DNA of 38,345 nucleotides from a virus (lineage: Duplodnaviria; Heunggongvirae; Uroviricota; Caudoviricetes), in IMG/VR virus record IMGVR_UViG_3300031087_000514. One strand, written 5' to 3'. Made by a program: the position numbers and the translations under genes. Below the pieces are notes generated by a model that worked only from the letters and a program-made list of their open reading frames with translations, was not told where the DNA came from and ran no database searches. Positions 26,316 through 35,103 of the stretch are shown here, piece by piece. The stretch's first letter is position 1. Each line of letters begins with the position of its first letter.

Positions 26316-26349
26316 AAAAGAGGACACTCAACGTTGAGTGTCCTCTTTT
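26316..26349. repeat. Perfect 34-bp palindrome (probable terminator)
   Basis: AAAAGAGGACACTCAAC|GTTGAGTGTCCTCTTTT. Confidence 0.85.
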
Positions 26350-26414
26350 GCGTTTTCTACCGTTAAGCGCAGATAACCTCACAAAATCCAACTTCCCCAA
26401 GGAGCATTAAGATT

Positions 26415-27623
26415 ATGAGTGTAGTCAAGCTCAGCAACGGAGGAGCTCTTCTTGAAGAGAGACGCTCATTCCCTGACCCAGATATTATCATCCGTGTTGT
26501 TTTTAGGGTAGAAGACATCAAATATCTGAACCCAAGAAGCGCCTCAGGAGTATCCAGTGTCGTGTACTTCTACGATGAACGCGACTATATGAATAGTTTG
26601 ACACATTACACAGGGGAAACCAGTGAAACTCCATTTGCTCGTTTCCGTAACACGCATTCCAAAAAAGCTTGGTTACAAGATATCAAATACCCGCTCATTG
26701 GAATGGCTGAAAGCTTAGGAACGCCTTGGGATATAGAAACTCGTAAGACTATTGAATCCTTGTGCGCATACCGCATGAAAGAGCTAGGTTTCAGCGTTGT
26801 CAATGCTGAAACCCACAACTGGGCGCACGGTGTCAGTATCCCACCAACAGTCAACGGAGCATACGCTGACTCAGTTGCAAAACTCCTCGTGGAGCATCAA
26901 ATAGCGGTATTAGGATTAGCTGGTACAGATGTGCGTACTATCGCTCGTAGACTAGGCACCCTGGAAGAAGCGACTGAACTCACTCATGAAGAAGTAGCAA
27001 CAACAGATGCAGCTGAAACAGAGTTTATTGTTCAGAACCCTACTCATCTTAAAACAGAAGAAAAGTTTGACATTCTTATCAAAGCTGGGCTACTGCGTAT
27101 CGGAGAGCCATTGTATCTTACCCACCGTTTGGTTGATAAGACAGTGATGCTCCGTTCTCCTATGGAAGTTGAGTACCGTGATGCAATGTACCTGCCACGT
27201 GAAGCGATAAAAGCTATCGCTCATGAAATCTTCACAAGTGGCGTTACGCAGAAACAAGCAGAAGGATGGAAAGGGTATAACGCTCTAACCTGTTTAGCTG
27301 TTGAACGCAATAATGAGAAAATCAAGATTGAAGCATTATGGAACTCCGTCAAGCATAGAGTTGCTGGATACAAGACAGAAGAGCAAGATGTTGTAGATGA
27401 AGAATGGTTGAACCTTGTTCTCACCTCAGAACTCGTTGGAGCTACTCTGATTTGCAATAACCGTGAAGCAGTCATTGGTGAAAAAGCTCGCATCATGATT
27501 GATGACAAAACCTTCTTATCTTTGACCGAGTTTGGTGAGTATGTGGACGGGTTAAACGACAACGGATGGGGAGATTTCAAAATTCGTCACCAAGGAGAAA
27601 TCTATACCATCCAAAGCGACTAA
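26415..27623 (+). CDS. GIY-YIG-like nuclease domain fused to two RAMA-like domains (tentative)
   Basis: N-terminus: VVYFY..YTGET..ARF..H.KK.W..IE. C-terminus: FDILIKAGLLRIGEPL..GYNAL and A.I..K..I.IDDK.F.SL.E....NGWGDF. AGGAG RBS. Confidence 0.6.
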   Translation: MSVVKLSNGGALLEERRSFPDPDIIIRVVFRVEDIKYLNPRSASGVSSVVYFYDERDYMNSLTHYTGETSETPFARFRNTHSKKAWLQDIKYPLIGMAESLGTPWDIETRKTIESLCAYRMKELGFSVVNAETHNWAHGVSIPPTVNGAYADSVAKLLVEHQIAVLGLAGTDVRTIARRLGTLEEATELTHEEVATTDAAETEFIVQNPTHLKTEEKFDILIKAGLLRIGEPLYLTHRLVDKTVMLRSPMEVEYRDAMYLPREAIKAIAHEIFTSGVTQKQAEGWKGYNALTCLAVERNNEKIKIEALWNSVKHRVAGYKTEEQDVVDEEWLNLVLTSELVGATLICNNREAVIGEKARIMIDDKTFLSLTEFGEYVDGLNDNGWGDFKIRHQGEIYTIQSD

Positions 27624-27672
27624 AACCCGATAGATGAAGGACCTCCAATCTGTCCCTTGTTGAAAGCATCGC

Positions 27673-28146
27673 ATGGTTTCTCTCCTATGGGTAGCGTTAG
27701 CGTATGCTTTGTTAGCTATCCCAGTTATTATTACTCTTCGTGTCCAAGCGCGTAAGAACTACCGTCAGCATGTACATATTCCTGATACTATTGCAGCGAA
27801 ACATGCTGCTCAAGGTACAACAGGTGTCCAGCTCTGGTCGCTGACGCTGCATTTCATTCTAGTCGTCTTTGCATACCCTGCATTCTATGCGTTATTCGTT
27901 GGACTCAATAACACTATTATTCACTGGCAAAGTGGTTTGATATTAGTACTCATTGCTCTGGTGCCACTTACAATTGCAACTATCTTAGTAAATGCTGCAT
28001 GGTTGTATAATAAAACGATTCTTCTTTCCGAGCAAAGAGCTATTGTCAACAAAACCGCTTCACCTTTGGTGTATATTGAACATGTATTCGCTTGGGTGGC
28101 ATGGATCGTGTATTTAGGGTTAGGCATCTGGGCGTTGGTGCTGTGA
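27673..28146 (+). CDS. Multi-pass membrane protein (about 4 TM)
   Basis: Four hydrophobic segments. Confidence 0.75.
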   Translation: MVSLLWVALAYALLAIPVIITLRVQARKNYRQHVHIPDTIAAKHAAQGTTGVQLWSLTLHFILVVFAYPAFYALFVGLNNTIIHWQSGLILVLIALVPLTIATILVNAAWLYNKTILLSEQRAIVNKTASPLVYIEHVFAWVAWIVYLGLGIWALVL

Positions 28147-28150
28147 AAGG

Positions 28151-28179
28151 TTGACCAAGCATGCACAGTATGATAGGAT
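28151..28179 (+). promoter_or_regulatory. sigmaA-like promoter
   Basis: TTGACC, 17 bp, TG-A-TAGGAT. Confidence 0.65.
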
Positions 28180-28214
28180 AGAGCTTATATTAGTTACCCA
28201 TTTGAAGAGGAATC

Positions 28215-29123
28215 ATGGAATCTATTCTCCCGTTTGTTGCTGACAGTAAGAACACCCCGCTCATTGAGGCCATTGAGGAGTTCAAGCTGAATGCTATTCC
28301 CGCATCTCTGCTGGGAGAAGATGAGCAGCGCTTCTTCACGGTGAAGGTCGTCCGTCGTTCAGGCGTTACAAAGCATGATTCCCGTTGGGCTGTAATGTTT
28401 GAAAACGATGCGTACAATGAGCAGCTTGAAGACCAGTATGAGTCGATGCCTTCCAATCGTACTGATGACTTCTTGGAGAACTTCCGTTTCCCGTTGGAGA
28501 AGGCTATCCTGATTGGCGAGAAACTCGCTCATCGCATTCTCTTCCGAGGTATCAGTGCGCAGGATGTCATCAACTATGGTAGTCTCATCGAAGCTGATAA
28601 GGCCATTCCGCGTGATGCCCGTATTCGCGCACGAGTTCTTCCTGAGTCTGAAATTCCGCAGGATGAGGACTTGTTCTACATTGGTAAGCGGAATGATGGT
28701 CGCTTTGAATTAGTTCCAGGTCTTGCATCATTAGGCTACACTTCTTTCCAGTCAGTTTGGGATGATGTTCGTGAGCTGAACACTCCTGAGTGGGATACTC
28801 TTGCAGGTGAGCAGGGTTTCAGTGATGAGGTCCTGCACACCGCAGATTACCTGCCGTACCATGTTGCTGTTACTGATGCAGATGTTGATAATGCATATGG
28901 CTACATCGTTTATGCTGACCCTGAGAATAACCGTTCGAGCATTCTTGCTCATCACAAGAATCTGAACCTTGATACAAAGGTCTTCTCCTCTGTCAAGCGA
29001 GCGCAGGAAGCTATTGAGAGTATCGCTCAGTTCGGTTTCAAGGGGAACTTTGTCATCAAAGTACTCACCCCAGCAGATTATACTGCACAGCAGAAGTTCA
29101 ACAAAAGCGTTTTAGGAGCATAA
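28215..29123 (+). CDS. Phage-type hypothetical protein
   Basis: 302 aa, GAGGA RBS. The V.RR..RWAV..YE.MPS.R.DDFL..FRF.LE.A segment resembles actinophage hypotheticals (from memory). Confidence 0.75.
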   Translation: MESILPFVADSKNTPLIEAIEEFKLNAIPASLLGEDEQRFFTVKVVRRSGVTKHDSRWAVMFENDAYNEQLEDQYESMPSNRTDDFLENFRFPLEKAILIGEKLAHRILFRGISAQDVINYGSLIEADKAIPRDARIRARVLPESEIPQDEDLFYIGKRNDGRFELVPGLASLGYTSFQSVWDDVRELNTPEWDTLAGEQGFSDEVLHTADYLPYHVAVTDADVDNAYGYIVYADPENNRSSILAHHKNLNLDTKVFSSVKRAQEAIESIAQFGFKGNFVIKVLTPADYTAQQKFNKSVLGA

Positions 29124-29125
29124 TT

Positions 29126-29320
29126 ATGGCTGAACAATACCCGAAGCAGATTGCTGTATTCTGCGACGACTGTGGGACAGAAGAAGTTCACGATTACATG
29201 GTTTCAGAAGATGATGACCAGGAAACTCGCTTGGGTTATGCTCGTAAGTATTTAGCTGAGGAAAAAGGCTGGCTGATTCAGCCTAACCTTGACCTCTGCC
29301 CAAAATGTTCTTTCTGTTAA
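29126..29320 (+). CDS. Small zinc-ribbon protein
   Basis: CDDC..CPKC. AGGAG RBS. Confidence 0.75.
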   Translation: MAEQYPKQIAVFCDDCGTEEVHDYMVSEDDDQETRLGYARKYLAEEKGWLIQPNLDLCPKCSFC

Positions 29321-29338
29321 GCTAAGGTAAAAATACAT

Positions 29339-29446
29339 ATGATGAATAAGAAACCCCTCATACGGTTTGTAGCGATTTTCGTCGCAGTGACCGTATTCGT
29401 CTCCTTGATGATGACATATGCTGTCAACTTTTGGAGCGCCGCATAA
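29339..29446 (+). CDS. 35-aa single-TM small protein missed by the ORF track
   Basis: MMNKKPLIRFVAIFVAVTVFVSLMMTYAVNFWSAA. AAGGT upstream and a hairpin immediately downstream. Confidence 0.6.
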   Translation: MMNKKPLIRFVAIFVAVTVFVSLMMTYAVNFWSAA

Positions 29447-29450
29447 CAAG

Positions 29451-29493
29451 AAAATAGCTGTTCTACTTCTCCTGGAGGTAGAACAGCTATTTT
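29451..29493 (+). terminator. Terminator after the small ORF
   Basis: AAAATAGCTGTTCTAC, 11 nt, GTAGAACAGCTATTTT. Confidence 0.7.
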
Positions 29494-29549
29494 GCATTAA
29501 AATCTTACATAATACCGATACATGTTCTATACAACAGGAAGGTACTACT

Positions 29550-30380
29550 ATGCATACTTATGGTTCATACGAAACACATGGAGACCCAGCAGTTGCTGTT
29601 GGATTTGCCATATTTGGTTTATTCATTAGCCTTATTACATATGTGTGGTTTGGAATCGCTGGTTCCAAATTATTCAAAAAAGTAGGATATAAAAATCCTT
29701 GGGCAGCTTGGGTTCCAGTTTACAACACCTACGCTTTGTTAGAAGTAGGTAACCAGCAAGGGAAATGGGCTATCTTCTATGTCGTTGCAGCCCTCCTGCA
29801 AATCATTCCGTTCCTTGGAACACTACTTTACCTTGTTGCAACAGTCTTCTTCATCATCGTTCTTGTTTATGCCTACATTAACATCAACAAAGGTTTCGGT
29901 AAGGAAGTTACTGGATGGACCGTATTCGCCGTATTCTTACAGCTTATCTGGATGACAATCCTTGCGTTTGGTAACACCAACCACTACGATGCTCGTCGTG
30001 CAAACGGACCATTCTTTATGAACAAGGATGCAACTCTTGCTGCAAGTGGCTACAACAATGGATACCAGAACCAGCAAGCTCAAGGTGCCTGGAACAATCA
30101 GCAGCAGGGTGGCTTCCCTCAGCAGAACCAAGGCTGGAACCAGCCTCAGGCTCCGCAGAACCCACAACAGGCTAACCCTTACGGTTACGCACCTTCTCAG
30201 AACCCACAGAACGCCCCTCAGCGCCCTGACTTTGGTCAGAACGAGCAAGGACCAGCAAACGGTTCAAACGGCGCTGACGATGGCACACAGCCAAATCAGT
30301 GGAATACACCACATAACCCAGACCAGGGCAAAGAACCTCCATATAATAACCCATACAACGGAAACGGCTATGGACGCTGA
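29550..30380 (+). CDS. DUF5684-like membrane protein with a Q/N/P/G-rich disordered tail
   Basis: KLFKKVG...WAAWVPVYN.Y.LL motif and four TM segments. CAGGAAGG RBS before ATG 29550. Confidence 0.75.
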   Translation: MHTYGSYETHGDPAVAVGFAIFGLFISLITYVWFGIAGSKLFKKVGYKNPWAAWVPVYNTYALLEVGNQQGKWAIFYVVAALLQIIPFLGTLLYLVATVFFIIVLVYAYININKGFGKEVTGWTVFAVFLQLIWMTILAFGNTNHYDARRANGPFFMNKDATLAASGYNNGYQNQQAQGAWNNQQQGGFPQQNQGWNQPQAPQNPQQANPYGYAPSQNPQNAPQRPDFGQNEQGPANGSNGADDGTQPNQWNTPHNPDQGKEPPYNNPYNGNGYGR

Positions 30381-30394
30381 ACTCGTTTGAGCGT

Positions 30395-30439
30395 AAAGTA
30401 AAGGGAGCGTAACCATTTCGGTTACGCTCCCTTTACTTT
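30395..30439. terminator. Bidirectional terminator
   Basis: AAAGTAAAGGGAGCGTAACC-ATTTC-GGTTACGCTCCCTTTACTTT. Confidence 0.82.
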
Positions 30440-30450
30440 GTACTTATTAT

Positions 30451-31074
30451 TTATTTGTTCTTACGAGGAGGAAGAATCACATCAGCAATTCCGTACTCAA
30501 TAGCCTGCGGGGCAGTCAAGAACTTATCACGCTCCAAGTCGAGGTTGATTTCCTCGGAAGTCTTGCCAGTGAAATCAGCGAGAGTATCTTCAAGCCAAGT
30601 ACGCATACGCAGCATCTCAGCAGCCTGAATCTCAATGTCAGAAGCCTGACCACGCTCGCCCTGAGTAGATGGCTGGTGAATCATCACACGGGAGTTCGGC
30701 AAAACTGCACGCTTACCCTTCTGGCCAGCAGCCAGGATAACAGCAGCAGCGGAAGCAGCCTGGCCCAAGCAGACAGTAGAAACGTGCGGCTTGATGTGCT
30801 GCATGGTGTCAATGATTGCAGCGAGAGCTGTCATACTTCCACCAGGGGAGTTGATGTACATTGTGATGTCAGCGTTGCTATCCATGACTTCAAGAGTCAA
30901 CAGCTGCACCATAATGTCATTCGCTGAAGTGTCATCAACCTGAGTACCGAGGAATACAACACGCTCAGAGAAAAGCTTAGCGTACGGGTCCTGCTGCTTC
31001 ATGCCGTAAGGGGTGCGCTCTTCAAAAGAAGGAAGAACGTAACGAGCCTCAGGGTTCATTGCGGAAAGATTCAT
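30451..31074 (-). CDS. clpP2: ATP-dependent Clp protease proteolytic subunit, ClpP2-type
   Basis: RYVLPSFEERTPYG..DPY.KLF.ER.VFLG, YINSPGG, GQAASAA (Ser), MIHQP (His), ERDKF (Asp). Start uncertain between 31059 and 31080. Confidence 0.93.
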   Translation of the reverse strand: MNLSAMNPEARYVLPSFEERTPYGMKQQDPYAKLFSERVVFLGTQVDDTSANDIMVQLLTLEVMDSNADITMYINSPGGSMTALAAIIDTMQHIKPHVSTVCLGQAASAAAVILAAGQKGKRAVLPNSRVMIHQPSTQGERGQASDIEIQAAEMLRMRTWLEDTLADFTGKTSEEINLDLERDKFLTAPQAIEYGIADVILPPRKNK

Positions 31075-31076
31075 AA

Positions 31077-31691
31077 TCAAGCACCAGCCTTAGCGTCAGA
31101 AGCGGAAATTTCAGTCACATTGTGAGCATGGGTGATGATGTGGTCAACGAAACCATACTCCAATGCCTCATCAGCTGTGAACCAGCGGTCACGGTCACCA
31201 TCAAGATTAATCTGCTCAACAGTCTTACCAGTGGCCTCAGCGGTGATGGTAGCGAGACGCTTCTTCATGTCAAGGATAAGCTCAGCCTGACGACGAACAT
31301 CTGACTCAGTTCCGCCCATACCACCAAGCGGCTGGTGTAGAAGGACTCGGGCGTTCGGGGTGATGAAACGCTTCCCCTTGGTCCCAGCGTTGCTGAGAAG
31401 GAACTGGCCCATTGAAGCAGCCATACCAACAGCAACAGTTGCAACATCATTTGGAATCAGTTTGATAACATCATAGAGCATGACACCGGCGGTAACACTT
31501 CCACCAGGAGAGTTGATGTAGAGGAAAATATCTGATTCTCGGTCCTGAGCTGACAGTAGGAGCATCTTAGCGCTCAGGTCAGCCATGTTTTCATCATTTA
31601 CCTCACCATTGAGCCACAGGATACGACTCTTTGTGAGCTGATCCATAGGATTGAGGGTAACAGGAACTGAAGGGTTTTGCACACTAGTCAA
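31077..31691 (-). CDS. clpP1: ATP-dependent Clp protease proteolytic subunit, ClpP1-type
   Basis: [28 protein letters not shown] and [14 protein letters not shown] 31691 follows a GAGGA RBS. Confidence 0.93.
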   Translation of the reverse strand: MTSVQNPSVPVTLNPMDQLTKSRILWLNGEVNDENMADLSAKMLLLSAQDRESDIFLYINSPGGSVTAGVMLYDVIKLIPNDVATVAVGMAASMGQFLLSNAGTKGKRFITPNARVLLHQPLGGMGGTESDVRRQAELILDMKKRLATITAEATGKTVEQINLDGDRDRWFTADEALEYGFVDHIITHAHNVTEISASDAKAGA

Positions 31692-31774
31692 AGGTGTTTT
31701 CCTCTTTCTTACTTGTAATGTAAGCCAGAGTCTACCATACTTCTTCTCAAACAACCTAATCGGGTAAGTGTGTC

Positions 31775-32218
31775 TCATTTCTTCAATCTATACCAGCCAT
31801 CAACTTCAGGCATTTCTGGTAAAGGTTCTTCAAGCATATGGCGAAGATAAGGTTCAATCATATGAAATGGAGGGGCATCAGCTCCCCATCCATCTTTCAC
31901 ATGGTTCAGCAATGGGATGGTCCCTCTGCTGATTTTATTTTCTCTCATATTATGAACAGCCAGCTTTTCAGGAGAAAATGCAACACCAGCGCGGTTCAAA
32001 AAATCTTTGTAGCTGAGCCCCTCTTTAGGTAAAGAGCTTAATGGGATTATGCCCATGCATGCCCCTACAATGCCGGCTCTGTACGTGTACCAAAAAGCCT
32101 GTATACTTCCCATAAAATATTCTTCTTTGAAATAGGAAGAATAAAACCTTTTACTTGATAGAGTAGTGGGCAAAAATGCAATACTCTGGTGAGCTAATTT
32201 CTCTGTTTTTATGTACAT
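31775..32218 (-). CDS. Hypothetical protein, paralog of 32231..32677
   Basis: Shared motifs LP.TL.S, QAFWY, GAC.GI, L.Y..FL..AG and PLP..PE.DGWY. Confidence 0.75.
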   Translation of the reverse strand: MYIKTEKLAHQSIAFLPTTLSSKRFYSSYFKEEYFMGSIQAFWYTYRAGIVGACMGIIPLSSLPKEGLSYKDFLNRAGVAFSPEKLAVHNMRENKISRGTIPLLNHVKDGWGADAPPFHMIEPYLRHMLEEPLPEMPEVDGWYRLKK

Positions 32219-32230
32219 AAAAATGACTTT

Positions 32231-32677
32231 CTAATGCTTGCGGATGGTTTGTAAGTACCAGCCATCAATTTCTGGTAATTGAGGTAAAGGATTTCCAATC
32301 ATTTCTTGAAGAAAAGAGCCAACTTGATTGAACTCTGGAAGCTCTTGTCCAAAGTATTTGTGGTACTCTTTTAATGTTGACTTACTGGCTTTACGAGCTT
32401 TACCGTTTCGTAATCGGTGAATATTTTCACGACCGCTAAGAAGTTTGGGATCGGAGCCTGCTGTTTTCAAAAAAGTGTCATAAGTTAGTTCTTTTGCTGA
32501 CCCGAATTCAATAAAAAGAATGCCGAAACAAGCACCAGGAGTAGCTCTATCCTGGGAGTACCAAAATGCTTGCAATGTCCACCCTGTGGTTGTCAGTCCT
32601 GGGCTTCTGTAAGACTTGAGAGTGGAGGGGAGGTAGGCGACAGCTCTGGGCTTTACTTCATCAATTTTGATGTGCAT
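32231..32677 (-). CDS. Hypothetical protein, paralog of 31775..32218
   Basis: Same shared motifs. TCCGATAC lies 7 nt before the ATG. Confidence 0.75.
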   Translation of the reverse strand: MHIKIDEVKPRAVAYLPSTLKSYRSPGLTTTGWTLQAFWYSQDRATPGACFGILFIEFGSAKELTYDTFLKTAGSDPKLLSGRENIHRLRNGKARKASKSTLKEYHKYFGQELPEFNQVGSFLQEMIGNPLPQLPEIDGWYLQTIRKH

Positions 32678-32714
32678 AAAGAATGTATCGGATTTATTGA
32701 TAATTGTGTAGGGG

Positions 32715-32743
32715 TTGAAAATTATCTGTACGTATGATAGTGT
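32715..32743 (+). promoter_or_regulatory. sigmaA-like promoter
   Basis: TTGAAA, 17 bp, TG-A-TAGTGT. Confidence 0.55.
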
Positions 32744-32836
32744 CAGAACTATATCTATATATAATTATAGTAATCGTTCATCGGGGCGATAACTCTTACT
32801 AAGTAAGATCAATTCTTCGTGCATAATAGGGGCCGT

Positions 32837-33859
32837 ATGTTTTCAAAGATAGTCAACTTCATCAAGATGTCTTGGATGTTCTTCTGGCGTTTATCCCTTT
32901 TTAGCACTCTCTTCTTCCGTAGCGAATACAACAACCAAGTCATCTGGGCAGCTTTATTGATTTCAGCCGTCATGGTGTTTGGATTCAATAAAACATTCGT
33001 GATTTTTCCTATCTTCAAAGTTCTTAGCAAACGACCTCTACTCGTTCCAGCTGATGGTTCAGGAGAGAGACCAGTTGTTCCTCATAGACCTCGAGCTTAT
33101 CCGAAGAAGAAGTCCCCGACAAAGACAGATACTCAAACTGAAGTCATTGTCAATGTCGGGCAGCTCGATTATGTGAGAAGTGCCACAGCCCGTGGTCGTA
33201 TTACTGGTTTTGAACCGAAAACACTTGATGAAATGCCTCTACCTCACCTTCCTAATATGACTGGTGTTCCTGGTGAAGGTTTGAAGAAAGCTACCGAAAT
33301 GGACCAGCAGCGAATTAATCTGGGTGTTCAAGGGGAGCAGAATTTCGCAAAAGCGATGCATAAAGCTTCTCTCCTTCACCGTTTCTCTACAATTTGGTCT
33401 GTTCCTGTCCCAGATCAAGAACGGTTCATACCTGGTCCTTATGATACGGATATTGACTGCATCCTAGCAACAAAGAATAGTATCTATCTCATTGACCTCA
33501 AAAATTACAAATCAGGTGATGTGCGTTACTATGCTAAAACTCCTCTCCTTCTTGCAGAAGACATTCCAACAGGTAAGCAGGTTGGGGAGGTAAAGCACAT
33601 GTCTCGTAATATGGAGATGGCAACAAACGCGATGCGGTACCATTTCCCAGAAGCAAAGATTGTCCCTGTTGTTATTTTCATGCCTACAAACAAAGGTGAA
33701 GGCATTATCGACAACGTTTACTGGCCTGGTAACGTACGCGCAGTCAATCTCGCGCAATTTATGGCAGAGCTTTCTTTTGAAGAAGATTTCACGTGGGATA
33801 CTGCTGTGTACAGTGGTGCATTCGCACGTATGGGTAATCTCTTATCAATGAAAAAGTAA
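32837..33859 (+). CDS. Membrane-anchored NERD-domain nuclease
   Basis: N-terminal hydrophobic segments, then G.PG.GL..LGVQGE..FA, DTDIDCIL and YLIDLKNYK. Confidence 0.78.
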   Translation: MFSKIVNFIKMSWMFFWRLSLFSTLFFRSEYNNQVIWAALLISAVMVFGFNKTFVIFPIFKVLSKRPLLVPADGSGERPVVPHRPRAYPKKKSPTKTDTQTEVIVNVGQLDYVRSATARGRITGFEPKTLDEMPLPHLPNMTGVPGEGLKKATEMDQQRINLGVQGEQNFAKAMHKASLLHRFSTIWSVPVPDQERFIPGPYDTDIDCILATKNSIYLIDLKNYKSGDVRYYAKTPLLLAEDIPTGKQVGEVKHMSRNMEMATNAMRYHFPEAKIVPVVIFMPTNKGEGIIDNVYWPGNVRAVNLAQFMAELSFEEDFTWDTAVYSGAFARMGNLLSMKK

Positions 33860-33921
33860 AGGTCATAATCGTCGTTTTCTTTGATTTATCTGGAACTGGA
33901 ATAGAATCAAACTGAACACAG

Positions 33922-34503
33922 TTGTATGCTGTAACTGACTTACTTAGAAAGATAGACTTCTCCACCATGACTTACACGAACTTTGACCAGATTATGGAAG
34001 CTGAACACGTGAATGCAACTGACCGCATTCAATTCACTCGTAAATGGCTTGCGCAGTCTTATGATATCAAGACTGCTGATGAAAACTGGATTGCAGTATT
34101 AGCTGATGTTCATGACCATGACAACCTTCCAAAACATCTTGGAGTGTACAAGGTTGGTTCTTCATTCTCAGCTACCCATACACAGCTTGTACGTTTACCT
34201 GACGGTTGGCATTTAGCTATTGGCAATGACCCTCAGTTACTCACTCCTATTCACCCCAAACAGGAGACAGGTTCATACAGCCACCCGTTGAACATGAAAG
34301 CTCGTATGCAGCTGACAAACATTTTGAAGAAAGGTAAACTCATGTTAGAACGCCAGACCCCTACACGGGAAGAGAACTTTGACTTGTTCGCAGCTGAGGA
34401 TAAAGAAGTTCAGGAAGCTGAAACTGGTAATAACAACGCAGTAACTCTCAACCCAGCATTCGGTATGGGTAAAAAAGAAACAAAGAGCATTAGCATTTTC
34501 TAG
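33922..34503 (+). CDS. Hypothetical protein
   Basis: 193-aa ORF. Start codon uncertain (TTG). Confidence 0.65.
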   Translation: MYAVTDLLRKIDFSTMTYTNFDQIMEAEHVNATDRIQFTRKWLAQSYDIKTADENWIAVLADVHDHDNLPKHLGVYKVGSSFSATHTQLVRLPDGWHLAIGNDPQLLTPIHPKQETGSYSHPLNMKARMQLTNILKKGKLMLERQTPTREENFDLFAAEDKEVQEAETGNNNAVTLNPAFGMGKKETKSISIF

Positions 34504-35103
34504 TCAATAGGATTCCAAATTATCAAAATGAGGCAAAAAATTTTTTAGTTTTGGACATTTTTCACTATTCGCAATCCACTCTGTCAAATAAGTTAAAGCT
34601 CCCGCAACATGAGTAGACCATAGCATGATATCTTTTTGAGAATTTTCCCGCGCTAATGGTTTTTCTTGGTATATGATTTTTGCTTTATCTGGGTTATAAT
34701 GATGTCCATCGCCATTTATATAAGTTGCAAAAAAATCTTCCACATTGTCGCTTTGGAGATAGGGGTTATTGAAAAAGCGTATATTTGTATTTACTTGTTC
34801 ACCAATAATTTTTTTAGCAAAGGCTAACTCGTCAGAATTTTCTCCGTAAATTTCACAAACCTTGACAATTTCTTTCCAATAGATGGCATCTTGTTTTGTG
34901 GGGAAAATAATTGGTCTAATATCGATGAGAAGACACCGAAACAAGTAGAAATATCTTTCAGGAATTATATCTATATAACCTTTTTCAATGAGAGGGTTCG
35001 TACGAATTCGGTTCACAGTATCAGTAAAGCCTTGTAGTAGCAAAGCATGCTCTTCATCGTTATTATTTTTTAGAGACATAGGATTCCAAGGGATAGTGTT
35101 CAA
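34504..35103 (-). CDS. AT-rich hypothetical protein, paralog of 35063..35650
   Basis: FR..L.D.R, I...I, G.G.H and terminal LESY shared with its neighbour. Alternative start at ATG 35079. Confidence 0.68.
   Translation of the reverse strand: MNTIPWNPMSLKNNNDEEHALLLQGFTDTVNRIRTNPLIEKGYIDIIPERYFYLFRCLLIDIRPIIFPTKQDAIYWKEIVKVCEIYGENSDELAFAKKIIGEQVNTNIRFFNNPYLQSDNVEDFFATYINGDGHHYNPDKAKIIYQEKPLARENSQKDIMLWSTHVAGALTYLTEWIANSEKCPKLKNFLPHFDNLESY

Noticed and set aside
30030-30380. Q/N/P-rich repeats as a tandem repeat locus
   Set aside because: Imperfect low-complexity coding sequence typical of disordered tails on DUF5684-like membrane proteins, with no exact DNA repeat unit.
1790-30439. Multiple long hairpins as possible REP/MITE elements or a CRISPR-like array
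   Set aside because: Arm sequences differ between sites apart from short AAGGCCCC similarity, they are single copies at gene 3' ends and they are not regularly spaced. Terminators explain them.
30451-31691. ClpP genes as phage prohead proteases
   Set aside because: They have the paired ClpP1/ClpP2 housekeeping signatures and no portal or capsid gene is adjacent.
31692-31778. ORF-track N-terminal extension of clpP1 (similar extensions at 5548, 24400, 29418, 19327 and 13573)
   Set aside because: The extensions run over promoter, terminator or RBS elements; downstream starts have proper SD sequences and match family N-termini.
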